Assembly (NCBI RefSeq): GCF_009914755.1
Contig: NC_060930.1
Strand: one strand, 5' to 3'
DNA from: the human T2T-CHM13v2.0 reference genome, Homo sapiens
Length of the DNA: 64,000 nucleotides
Position 1 is the first letter of the stretch. Each line of letters starts with the position of its first letter. Positions 34,126 through 45,559 of this stretch are shown here, one piece after another. The notes below the pieces were generated by a model. It did no database searches. It was not told the origin of the DNA and saw nothing but the letters and a program-made list of their open reading frames with translations. The position numbers were made by a program, and so were the translations under genes.

Positions 34126-37100
34126 TATTGTCCCCACTGGTATATAAGCTCTATTGAGACAGAATTCAAGGTATTTCCAGAGCATGGTAAAGCATCTAAC
34201 CCACAATAGGGACTTCGTAAATACTTCTTAAATTAATTTATGAACAATTCTGGGCACATGCCAGCTGAAAGTGGGGAAAATATCTTATAAAAACACAGCG
34301 AAAAGCCAGCAGGTGAACAAATAGAGTTTAAAAGTCATAATGGAAATTTTATGTAGTTGAGAAAGCTGAGTTGGTTATGTGAGTTTTGTAAATGTAAATG
34401 CATATGTACTAGATGTAGCAGGAATGAGGGGAACAAGATGTATTTAGGGTTTCTGCCTTTAGGATACTTCCCTAGAGGTGAACAGAGAAAAAGTCAAAGA
34501 ACATAAAAAGAATCTGGCGACTGACCAACAATTGCTGCCGGCAGGACCAACTGGGTCACCAGCTTTCCCAGGAAACCCTAACCTTACTTTGGGAAATGTT
34601 GGATCTGATGGGAGCTGAGGGAAGGTAAATTGTAAAGCACAGACTTCAAATTACTTTTACCCAGTTACAGCTTCAGGTGACATTGGATGTTAAGTTTAAG
34701 GAAGCGAAAAGTAGTATTCAAATAAAGAAAAATACTCTCGGTTTTGTACAATAGTATGTCCCAAGTGTTCAGTTTTTAAAGGTCATCGATACATTTTCCA
34801 AATATTTAAATCAATCATGCAAGAAAAAGAAGTGGTGAGCTGGGAAATGCCGTCTGAACACACTTGATCTAAAGCCTGGGGATAAGTATCAGAAGAGAAG
34901 AGAACCGAAGAGCGCACACACGTCTAAGACAGGTTACCGCAGGTGCATCCAGGGAAAGCTGTCCCTGTTTGAGGACTTTTCAGGGGATATAATGTCCCAG
35001 GTTGTTGCTGAGGTTATGTAAATGACTTTTTCTACCCACATTTTCCTCCTATCCCCATGATCCCTCCACTCCAGAGGGAAACTGGAGTGCTGAGGTCATC
35101 TATAACCAAATGAACAAGTCTGTCTAAATGCCTGTTGCAAATAATTGTCCCTTCTCTTCCACCATGAAGGCAAGCTCTAGGTCTTAATCATCTTAATATA
35201 TTTTCCCCAACACAGCAGGTAAAACAGACAGTAAATTTCTGCCAAATAAAACTTACTCACATCTTTTTGATAGGGTTTTTTTCTGAAATCAGCACTTAAG
35301 TATCAAAATGCAATTTAATCCATTAAATTCACTTCAATTAATAGAGAATTACATAAGGAAAATTTTTCCATTTCAAAATTGGGTGACCTTTATAGTTCCA
35401 CCTCACTGATCCTCTAGAGTTCTCTTCATTTGTCAGACAGTTATTGAATGACTGCAAAATGTAGTTCTGTGAACTTATTTTGTACTAGTCAATTCAATCC
35501 TGGACACTGAATATGTAGCTCTAAAATTCTACCCCTTGAGTATATCTTTTAGATTATGTAACTCAGAAATACTGAAACTATGTCCTGTCACTTTACCTTA
35601 ATTGAAATCAAGATATCCAAATATTACTAATGATTATTTGTTCCAATGCTCACTGGTGATGCTGAGCTTGTTCCTGTTTCACGGGCTTAGCCTCTGACCT
35701 GTCTGAAGTTTGTAGATGAACTTCACTACACTGTTTTTATTTTAACATTTCTATTAAATAAGACTTATCATTTTATATGCATTATTTGTCCCTCTGCATG
35801 TCAATTTTGTTGACTCTAAACCTACAAACATAACAGTTCCCATAATAAAAGTGAAGGAGAAAAGTCTTCATTCATGAGGCATTGTGAAAGTGGAATGTTT
35901 TAGAGATGTGGAAGCCTGGCAGCATAATTCTCAGACAGGAAGGCAATGTATATAAAGGCCAAATTCCCCTTCTCCAGTATGGGAGTGTGCTGCCTGTGAA
36001 CATCCAAATATGGAGGAAAGAACGTTTTCACAATGAGCTTTCAGCTTCCACCAGCTTCATGTGGCACCAAGATGTTAAAATACATCACAGTATATTCAGG
36101 AAATTGTTTAGCCATACCCTACCACTGCCCCATCCATGATACTAGACCAATGAAGTGGCTTGGCAAATATTGGCAATGACAGGCCTAGAAAACAGAGCCA
36201 GAAGTTGGGCCTTAGAGAGTTGGTGGTGTGGCAAGGCAGTTAGGCATTCCAACAAATCTAAATGGAAGGTTTGGGTTGGCCTCAGAATCAGGGTAGAGAG
36301 ACGTGAGGGCAAGCAGAAATCAGGCAAGCAGAGGAGAACTAGGAAGATCCACGTTCCAAAGGGAAAAGCAGCAAGTAAATGGGACATTTACAAAATCTGA
36401 CTTGGTAGTGAGAAGAAGAGAAGCTCAAAAATTATAACAGCAAAATAACCTAAATTGTGAATGATCGGGATACTCACATCAAGGAAACGTTAATCCTGTT
36501 TTAATGTTTTAATGAATCATTTATTCAGATTATCATTTATTGAACTGTAGCTCAAGAGGTTTAGATAATGATGTCACAACTTCTAACTTGTTTTGAAAAG
36601 CCACATTAGTTACAGATAGAGTCCATCTAAGGGGGGATAAAAGGAAAGGGGCAGAGAGATGAGTAAATACTGGAATGAAGTAATTTAAAAATGTTAAGAT
36701 CCCAGCCTCAATAATGTTCATCTTTCCTTAGCTCTGAACCTATTTCAAGTCATTTGTTCATGCTGAATTGCATTTTCTTCTCATGTCCTTACGAGAGTCA
36801 CTTGTCAGATCCCTGAAGTAATGAGACCTTTATGACTAGTGTTGTTACTGTCATAGATACATTTTAAAATATCTATTAAGAAATAAAATGTACTTAACAT
36901 ATTATGTCTTCCTCAGTAAGTATTCCATTCTCATTTTTACACATATCATTGAGTTCAAAATGTAATTCTTTACATCAGGCATAAATCTTATTTCCTTTCA
37001 TGAAGTTAAAAAAGAAAACTAAACTTCCCAGATAGTCTGTAATGTTTTCCTGTGTAATTAACACCTCATTCACAGTTGTGTGTGCCAGTCAAGGCCCTGT

Positions 37101-37192
37101 CTCCTCTTTCCTAACATTTCCTTAATACCTTGTTCAGGCTGAGCTGATGCCTAACAGTGTGCAAAATACACATATGGAAACAGGGGAATGTT

Positions 37193-37495
37193 AGAGAGAA
37201 GTCAGCTGAATTACCGTGACCTGCCAGTTTAAAGAGAGTACTTAGACACAGGTTTCATTTTGTGGGTTTGGGGTCTGTGTGCCATCCCTTAAGTCCAATT
37301 ACTGCTGTAACCTCATCTTCTTCATCATCATCCTCATCAACAATAAAAACCATCTGTCAAATGAATACCAATAGTCCATTATTTGCATTCTTCTCTTCTT
37401 AATGCTTCTAAGAGGGCCAAATGTTTATAAATCAAGTGTCTAATTTAAGATACACGTTCTCTGACACTGCAAGTCATCCTGGAAGCATTAGGTTA
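37193..37495 (+). repeat. Copy 1 of a local ~300-bp direct duplication (copy 2 at about 39683-39977)
   Basis: Colinear match attaccgtgacctg..aagtccaattactgct..cactgcaagtcatcctggaagcat; roughly 85% identical by eye. Confidence 0.92.
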
Positions 37496-37659
37496 TTTTT
37501 ACTGTTGAAAATTTGTAGATGTCATTGATTTAAATAGCCTTGTATCTTTTTTTCTTGCTGTTAATAGTGACCCTCTGTGTCCTTGTGCACAGAAAATGCA
37601 AGTGGAATCAAGCTTTAGATCATTCAAATAAAATCATTCCATTGTGGGAATCTCCTGGC

Positions 37660-38060
37660 TTCATTTTTAAAAGTTATATTGAAATTTAACATACATTAAG
37701 AAAAATGTGAATGTCATAAGGGTACAGCTTGATGCTTTTTTATAAAATGGACATACTTATGCAACCACCACATAGTCCAAGCAACAGAACATCATCACCC
37801 CAAGAAACTCCTCTCATGCTTTCTTTCAGTCACTTTCCACTCTCACATGGGTAACCCGTTATAACTTCTAATAGGATAGATTAGGTTTGCCCATTTTGTT
37901 CTTTGTATGATTTGATCAACATTATGTTTATGAGAAACATTTATATTGTTGCATGTAGTTCAATTTCATTCATTTTCATTGCTATCAAATATATAGTTTT
38001 CCATTGTATGAATAAACCACATTTTTTTTATTTCTACCTCTAATGGGTATCTTGATTGTT
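37660..38060 (-). mobile_element. Old L1M (L1ME-like) 3' fragment
   Basis: Antisense L1M 3'UTR motifs (gcaaccacc..agaacatc.., ttccattgtatgaata). Confidence 0.6.
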
Positions 38061-38282
38061 ATTTTAGATTTTTTAAAAAACTCATATCCACAGTTAAAAG
38101 GTGATTACACTTTTCTAAAGGATGCACACTACATATTTTGGAGGTTTTCCTAGAGACATTATCTAACATTTTTATATAAAAATGGAGAATTGGAGAGAGG
38201 GTAGTAGAAGGGCAATGAGGAAAGGAACTAATATTTATTAGAACTACCATGTACTGGACATTTTGGTAAAAATAGTTGTTTT

Positions 38283-39235
38283 CTTTTGAATTGTGGTAAA
38301 AAATATATAACATAAAATGTACCATCCTTACCACTTTTAAGTATACACTTCAGTAGTGTCAAGTATATTCACATTGTTGTGAAACAGATCTCCAGAACAT
38401 TTTCATCGTGCAAAACTGAAACTCTATAAACATTAAACAACTCCTTTTTTTTCCTCTTCCTTTTCTTCAGTCACTGGTAACCCCCATTCTATTTTCTGTC
38501 CTATGAATTTGGCTTCTTTAGATACTTCATATAAATGGAATCATAGAGTATTTGGTTTTCTGTGACTGGTTTATTTCACTTAGTATAATGTCCTCAAGGT
38601 TCCTCCATGTTGTTGCATGTGACAGGATTTTCTTCCCTTTTAAGGCTGAAAATATTCCATTGTATGTTTGTACAACATTTTATTTATCCATTCATCCATT
38701 GGTTGACATTTGGGTTAGTTCCACCTCTTGTCTATTGAGAATAATACTGCTATGAACATGGGTATGCAAATATCTTTTCTTAAAACTGTTTCCAATTGTT
38801 GGAGTATATAACCAGAAATGGGATTGCTAGATCATACGGTAACTCTATTTTTTTTTTTTTTTGAGAGAGGGTCTCACTCTGTCACCCAGGCATGAGTGCA
38901 GTGGTGCCTTCTCAGCTTACTGCGCCCTCCACCTCCTGGGCTGGAGTGATCCTCCCACCTCAGCCTCCTCAGTAGTTGGGACTACAGGCATATGCCATAT
39001 GCCACCATGCCCAGCTAATTTTTGTATTTTTTTTTTTTTAGAAACGGGGTTTTGCCATGGTGCCCAGGCTGGTCTCAAACTTCTGGCCTCAGGCAATCCA
39101 CCCTCCTCGGCCTCCCAAAGTGCTAGGATTACAATTTTACAATCCCATCAACCTTGCACAAGTGTTCCAATTTCTCCATGTCCTCACCAACACTTGTTTT
39201 CAGATTTGTTGATAGTAGCCATCCTACTGGGTGTA
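38283..39235 (-). mobile_element. L1MB-like 3' fragment interrupted by AluJ
   Basis: ttgtggtaaaa..aacataaaatgtaccatc..atctccagaac..tttatttcacttag..gggattgctagatcata..tagccatcctactgggtgt. Confidence 0.8.
38848..39133 (-). mobile_element. AluJ lacking its first ~22 nt
   Basis: Poly(T) then gagagagggtctcactctgtcacccagg..cctcccaaagtgctaggattaca. Confidence 0.9.
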
Positions 39236-39527
39236 TGCAGTAGGAATTTTACCAGTGATCTTTTTATTCCTTTAACAAAGTTGTTGCAAAGTATAAGTAC
39301 CATTTTACATCAATGAAATCTTAGCACAAAAGGATTCTATAAGAGAAAAAATGGGGCACAGGGATTTTCCAGTCCAGGTGCTCTTGAACTTGACAATGAG
39401 CATTTTATTCTCAAAGTTCCACATAATCACAAAACAAATTGAATTCTTTTGTTCTGAGCTGCAAGATATAAGGTGCTCTACAGGATTGCCTGACTTTAAA
39501 TATGAAATAACAGCTTTAGTTTTAGAG

Positions 39528-40374
39528 TAGTGGTTCTCATAACATGGTCCCCAGACCAGCAGCATCAGCATTACTGCAAACTTGGTAGAAATGCAGATTC
39601 TCAGATCTCACCCCAGACCTACTGAATCCAGAACTCTGAACAGCCAAGCAGGTGGCACACACCTGTAATCCCAGCTACTCAGAAGAGGGGCTAGCTCTAT
39701 TACCGTGACCTGACAGTTTAGAGAAAGTACTTAAATACATGTTTCATTTGTGGGTTTGGGGTCTGCATATCATCCTTTAAGTCCAATTACTGCTCTAACT
39801 TCATCATCATCATCCTCATCAACAACAAAAACCATCTGTCAAATAAGTACCAATAGTCTATTATTTGTATTCTTCCCTTTTTAGTACGCCTAAGAGGGCC
39901 AGGTGTTTATAAATCAAAAGTCTAATTTAAGATAAATGTTCTCTCACACTGCAAGTCATCCTGGAAGCATCAAGTTAAAAAAAAGAGCTTTTTAAAGCTA
40001 TTTTTTATTGAGACAGGATCCATGCTGGTCTTGAACTCCTGGGCTCAAATGATCCTCCTGAGGTTTCCTATGACTGATTTATTTTACTTAGTATAATGTC
40101 CTTGAGGTTCATCCATGCTGTTGCATGGGCCAGGATTGTCTTCCTTTTTAAGGCTGAAAATATTCCACTGTATGTTTGTACCACATTTTGTTTATCCATT
40201 CATCCATTCATGGACATTTGGGTTACTTCCACTTCTTGATCCTGAGGAGGATTGTTTGAGACCAGCATGGATCCTGTCTCAAAAAAAAAAAAATTCTGCG
40301 AGTGAGGCTCAGCAATCTATTTTAAAACAGCCCTCCAGGTGACACTCATGCATGCTCAGGTTTGAGCCCTCCTG
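39528..40374 (+). mobile_element. MER5A split into 39528-39640 and about 40292-40374 by a composite Alu-monomer insertion
   Basis: tagtggttctca..ccagcagcatcagca..cccagacctactgaatc, and later cagcaatct..agccctccaggtga..gtttgag: both halves of MER5A. Confidence 0.85.
39642..40292 (+). mobile_element. FLAM/FAM-type Alu monomer with ~560 bp of internal templated insertions
   Basis: 5' part 39642-39684 (ggtggcacacacctgtaatcccagctactcag); 3' part 40241-40292 (ggaggattgtttgagaccagc..ctgtctc plus poly A). Confidence 0.75.
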
Positions 40375-41103
40375 GGTTTAGATCATTAGGCAGATATCTA
40401 AATTATTGTCTAATAATCTCCACACTGTTGCCAAACAGAAAACTGACATATTGAGCACTTTCAGGTTTCCAGGGCAACTTAATAGAGTAAATCTGTGTTT
40501 TGCTCTTTATACCACAGTTTTCAGGAAAATGTTGGATTAGCCCAGTTATAATAATGCTGGAACACTAGATCTCTATCCATCTGAAAGTTCACCCAAACAC
40601 TAATTTATCAGAGTTGCTTCTGAACAAATGGCCACCTGAGAATAGCCACCCTAACCAGGAAGACTTATTCCGGCTCAGCAGATATCTGACTTATCTCCAG
40701 GATTTTCACTCCACCCACACCCAAGTCCCCACCTTTTGTCTCACTTTTGGGTCTAGAGAGAGCCTTGTAATGAATGGACCAAAACAGCCAGAGATAGAAG
40801 TGAAAGCAAACATGCAAACATTCCTCCCATTGGCATCAGGAGCCTTCTTCCTGTACCTACTACCAACCGCCGCAGGCCCTGGCCCCAGCTATCCTCAACC
40901 ACTTCCCCAGAGCCCTGCAAAGAAAATAACAAAGATTCACAGATTAGACTTTCCTCTGAAAAGTGGGGGAATCTGATTTTAGTCCTAGGAAGGGAGTTGT
41001 GGTTTATGCCTTTTTTCTTGGCCTAATTATTAATAAAATACTCCCCCAAAGTATCCTAGCTTAAGGAGTAAAATTCACCCTACCAAAAATCTACAGTTAG
41101 CTC

Positions 41104-41472
41104 CTTTTTTAAAAAACAGAACATTTATTGTGTGACTAATCATTGAAATTCTTAAGATAAACTGGATGCTACAACAGCTGCCCTCTTGGGTTTAGATGTT
41201 GTTCCTTCTCAGAATCCACGCCTGAATCTGCGGTATACAATATTCAGGTGCCTCATTCGACCAGTCCTGGTATTATTTCATCTTTAAGCCTTGGCACTTC
41301 AGTTATACTTCCTCTTGCACTTAGCAGGGTAGCCACATTTGCCACAGGATGACTTCTGAAGGTGGCAGGCCTTAGAGCCACAGTGGTGGCACAATGTGTG
41401 CGTCTTACTGCAACACTTTTCAAACGATGGCGTTCCCTTCAGTATCTTGCTTCTGTGGCCAAGACCAAAGAG
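41104..41472 (-). pseudogene. RPL37P: RPL37 (60S ribosomal protein L37) processed pseudogene
   Basis: Minus strand 41445-41152 spans 98 codons colinear with RPL37 (..[44 protein letters not shown]..). ATG changed to ATA, several in-frame stops, no introns, 5'UTR remnant, AATAAA, short A tail, TSD GTTAGCTC (41096-41103 / 41477-41484). Confidence 0.95.
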
Positions 41473-41702
41473 TGTTGTTAGCTCTTAGGTAGGCTTTTGC
41501 CTTTCCCTAATGCTTTTAAGTAGAAGATAGATGATCCTTCAGAGGAACAGGAGACAGTGCGGCTGTATTCGGTGCAGCTTGGGGCCTTGAAGGAGGGAAA
41601 CAAGACAAGGGAGTTAATTCCTAGGGGTCCTTGGAGAGAAGAACAATGATGTCTGGGAGTAGGCATGGACTATTGTGTTGATAGAAATTGCAGCCCCTAA
41701 GA

Positions 41703-41845
41703 AAGGTGCCATGGCTCACACCTGTAATCCCAACACTTTGGGAGGAGGCCAGAGCCGGAGAATCACTTCAGTCCAGGAGTTCGAGACCAGCCTGGGCAAC
41801 ATAGTGAGACCCTGTCTCTAAAAAAAAAAAAAAAAAAAAAAAAAA
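41703..41845 (+). mobile_element. FLAM_C-like Alu left monomer
   Basis: ggctcacacctgtaatcccaacactttgggagg..gaccagcctgggcaacatagtgagaccctgtctct plus a long poly(A). Confidence 0.85.
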
Positions 41846-42014
41846 TTGAGAAAAAAAGAGATTGTGCCCTGCCTGGACCCATAGCTCTGTTATGCTCTAA
41901 AGCTTCCACCCACATTTCTCATCCATCCACCCCTCTCCTCTATCCTCCACAAGTCACTGATACTTGAGACTTAAGTCTCAAGAGTTTTTCCTAAGGTGAA
42001 TCTTGTTTCTAGTA

Positions 42015-42371
42015 CAGATTGAGCATCCCTAATCTGAAAATTCGAAATCTGAAATGCTCCAAAATCCAAAACTTTTTGAGCAACAACATGGCACCACAAG
42101 TGGAAAATTCTACACCTGACCTCACATGACAGGTTGCAGCCAAAACACAGTCACAATTTTGTTTTATGCACAAAATTATTTAAAATAGTGCATAAAATTA
42201 CTTTCAGACTATGTGGATAAGGTATATATGAAACATAAATGAATTTTATGTTTAGACTTGGGGCCCATCCCCAAGATATATCATTATGTATATGCAAATA
42301 TTCCAAAACAAAAAAAAAATTACAAAACACTTCTGGTTCCAAGCACTTTGGGACAGATGATAATCAACCTG
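42015..42371. mobile_element. Tigger4b/MER46-type MITE (TcMar-Tigger)
   Basis: TA|CAGATTGAGCATCCC..TAATCAACCTG|TA, 357 bp, aaatctgaaatgctccaaaatc motif. Confidence 0.85.
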
Positions 42372-43298
42372 TATGTATTTGGTGGTAAGCCTAACAAAAA
42401 GGTAACTGCACTGCTTTGTATAGCACATCTTTAAAAATTGTTCAAATCTGATTTAAGGTGCTAATAGAAATTCAAGCCTAGAAACTACATTTAATGTGAA
42501 AATATGTGCTGGCCAAAGTTGTGTGCACACAATATGTTCCAATTACTTAGCAACCCCCAAAAATATTTTACCTGCATGTCCACTCGGCAAAATCAGCCTT
42601 CTCTCTGCCCTCTTCCAGCATGCACACTGACACTCTGACACTCTGACAATGGCAAGGCTGGCTGAAATCAGCAGTGAAGTGCAGGAATCTGGATGCTTGC
42701 CCTCACCATATCCTGAATCTTGGATGCTTTTTACTCCTCATCTTAACACATGCCAATGTTATGTTACAATATCTGACATTTGGTTTGTTTCAACATTAAC
42801 TCTGCGATAAAAGTTAATCAACAGTCAGCTTCATTTTCCCCGCTTCCTGCCCAAATCAATATACATGACTCCTTTGAAGAAAGGGGAATGTAAACTAAAG
42901 TTGATCCTATGGTTTTAACTTACCTCAACCTAATGTATGCTTAAGGAAAGAACCAATCACTTACCTAGATACCATTGATTTAGTTTCTTTGTGTTGTTGT
43001 GAATTAATAAATTACAGTGTTTCCACTTTCTAAGTAAACTTTTTATCATTGATTAGTCCTCAGAGGCGAATTTACTTATATTTACTAAAAGACCAAATAT
43101 ACTGATTTTCAGAAAATGTAAACTGCAAGACTAGAACATGGTGTACATGTGTATAACTTGTTTTAAGTATAGAGAATATTAAATTATATGTTCATTTCAA
43201 TCTTACAATCCTCCAAAAGAACTGCATGGTTTAGATCTATAAAATGAAAGATAAGAGAAAACACTACTATTAATAATTATATTTGTGTTTTTAATTTT

Positions 43299-43538
43299 TT
43301 TTTTTTTTTTTTTGAGACAGAGTCTCTGTCTCCCAGGCTGGAGTGCAATTCTCCCGTGTTCAAGCAATTCTGCCTCCAGAGTGGCTGGGATTACAGGCAC
43401 ATACCACCATGCCTGGCTAATTTTTTTTGTATTTTTAGTAGAAATGAGGTTTCTCCATGTTGGCCTGACCTCAGGTGATCCGCCTGCCTCGGCCTCCCAA
43501 AGTGCTGGGATTACAGTTGTGAGCCACCATGCCTAGCC
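43299..43538 (-). mobile_element. AluS with internal deletions
   Basis: Poly(T) plus Alu; TSD t(g/a)tgtttttaattt on both sides; missing segments after gagtgcaat and after catgttggcc. Confidence 0.9.
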
Positions 43539-44370
43539 TATGTTTTTAATTTTTAAAAAATTTTAAATCTGTTCTGTAGATGTTAACTAGGGCTATTTAT
43601 AGAAAAGGCTGCTGTTTTCATATAAAGTCTTTGATGGTATCACCTAATTTCCCTTCAGGAACAATGGACACATTTCTCATCCAATCCCAGCATTGTATTT
43701 GCTTGTTTATCTCTGAAAACTTACTCTACTGTTTCAACTGGCATTTAGACCTCCTACCCCACTTCAAGACTAGATGAAAATCAGAGGAATCAGGCAACTT
43801 TGCCTGACATTTTCAGAGCAAGAAAATTGGTGAATAAAATGGGCCTTTCTGTGCCTACACTTATAATTCTCCCCCAAAAAAGCATTGAAAAGATCAACCT
43901 AATATCTTTACTTTATAAGTATCAATAAGGCTTAATATGTACAGACAGTTTACCAATGTGATAATCAAATAGAATTGTTAGTAACAATGAAATAGAGTGA
44001 CCATATTTAGAAAACATATGCTCATAAATGCTTCTCATTCAAAATGTATGCTTTCAATACCTAAGCTCACTTCCCTCTTTTAAAAATTTAAAAAATAAAA
44101 AATGTTTAAGAAAATAATTTTATAATAAATAATGAAATGCTTTTTAAATGTTATTAGATTCACGGGTACTTAGAGAGGTTAGCACAACATCTTGCGATTG
44201 GAATTTAGCTAGTTGTGAACTTGGGAGAGTTAATATTTGGTTGTAATCATGAAGATTAACATGCAAGAATTATACATTTTACTTCACTTATAAAAACAGC
44301 TTAACCATCTAAAGGGAAGAAAAGAGCTAATGTGCTTCATTCAGTATATGTAATTACAATAGGGCTTAGG

Positions 44371-44565
44371 GCAGTGCTTTCCAAATTTTAGTGAGCATAA
44401 AAATTATCTGAAGTAGTTTTAAAAATGCAGATTCGTGGCTCCGACCCCCGGGATTCTAAACCGTGAATTCTAGGATGAAGTCCAGGAATATGCATGTTTA
44501 ACACCCAAACTCACCCTCAAATAACTCATACAAAATTAGAATTCAGACCCCTCTTGGACAACACC
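44371..44565. mobile_element. MER5-family hAT MITE
   Basis: cagtgctttccaaatttt..aaaatgcagattc..ccaggaatatgcatgtttaaca. Confidence 0.6.
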
Positions 44566-44929
44566 AACATAAGATGACAGATGTACTTGTTATTGCATCC
44601 GAAACCACAGAATCATCAGATAAAATACCCATCTTAGACCATCTTTCATATACTTTATATTACTTTGCTAAAGAACCAAGGTAGATAGCATTTAAAGGGC
44701 TGCTGATAAAAGTTAAGGTTTATTCATTTCAGGTACTATACTTCTCATTATGGTCCTTAAAAATTGGCCCACAGCTTTTAAAATTGATATTTAAAAGTCA
44801 TGTGGAATTGGAATTGTTTCTTAACTTTCTGTTCATTTTTACTGTCTTCAATATTCCCATTTAATATTGTTTGATATTAAAATATAATGGAGTCACAGTA
44901 TTTATCATCTATTCTTCTTTGGTTTCAAG

Positions 44930-44983
44930 GGAAGACGAGGGAAAACAGGACCTCCCGGAAAACCAGGACCCCCAGGACCACCT
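44930..44983 (+). CDS. COL19A1: Next collagen exon (54 bp, phase 0/0), GRRGKTGPPGKPGPPGPP; collagen alpha-1(XIX)
   Basis: Acceptor attcttctttggtttcaag (AG at 44928-44929), six Gly-X-Y triplets, GTGAGT donor at 44984. Joins in frame to the previous exon (..GKEGQR|GRRGKT..). Confidence 0.92.
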
Positions 44984-45559
44984 GTGAGTAAGCAATACAA
45001 TGACTGTCCCTTTAAAGAGTCTGTCTTTATGTCTGTGTGTTTACCTAAGGATTATTTTACTCCCCTGTAGATAATGATTTCCTTTATTCTACTGTTTAGA
45101 ATGACTGGTTTCAGCATTTGGATGAGTAGTTCATACTCTCTATATTCCTAACTCCATCATCACCACAAACCAAGAGATGAGGGAGGCTGGTAATTGTCCA
45201 TACACCTCACCCACTTCTTTATTACACAAATGGCAATAACAGTAGTGTCTGCTTGAACATCCCAAGCCAAGTGTCCAGATAGATGAATCCTGTTCTGAAC
45301 CTACCTGAACACCATCTTCTAGATTTCTTAACATCCAGGCTGTTAGAAAATCAGACATCTGGGGAAGCATATCCACTTTTCTTGATATGAAACTATTTTG
45401 TTAGTATAATTTCATGATTTGGTAAAAAGTGCTATAAAGATCATCTAACCAGTTAGCTTATCTGGATCCTTTACCCCAAGCTTCTAGAAAAAAAAAATAT
45501 TCAATTTCTTGTAGTTCTGGTAACTCTGCAGCCTATGAGAGTCTGGTTTGTGTCCAAGC

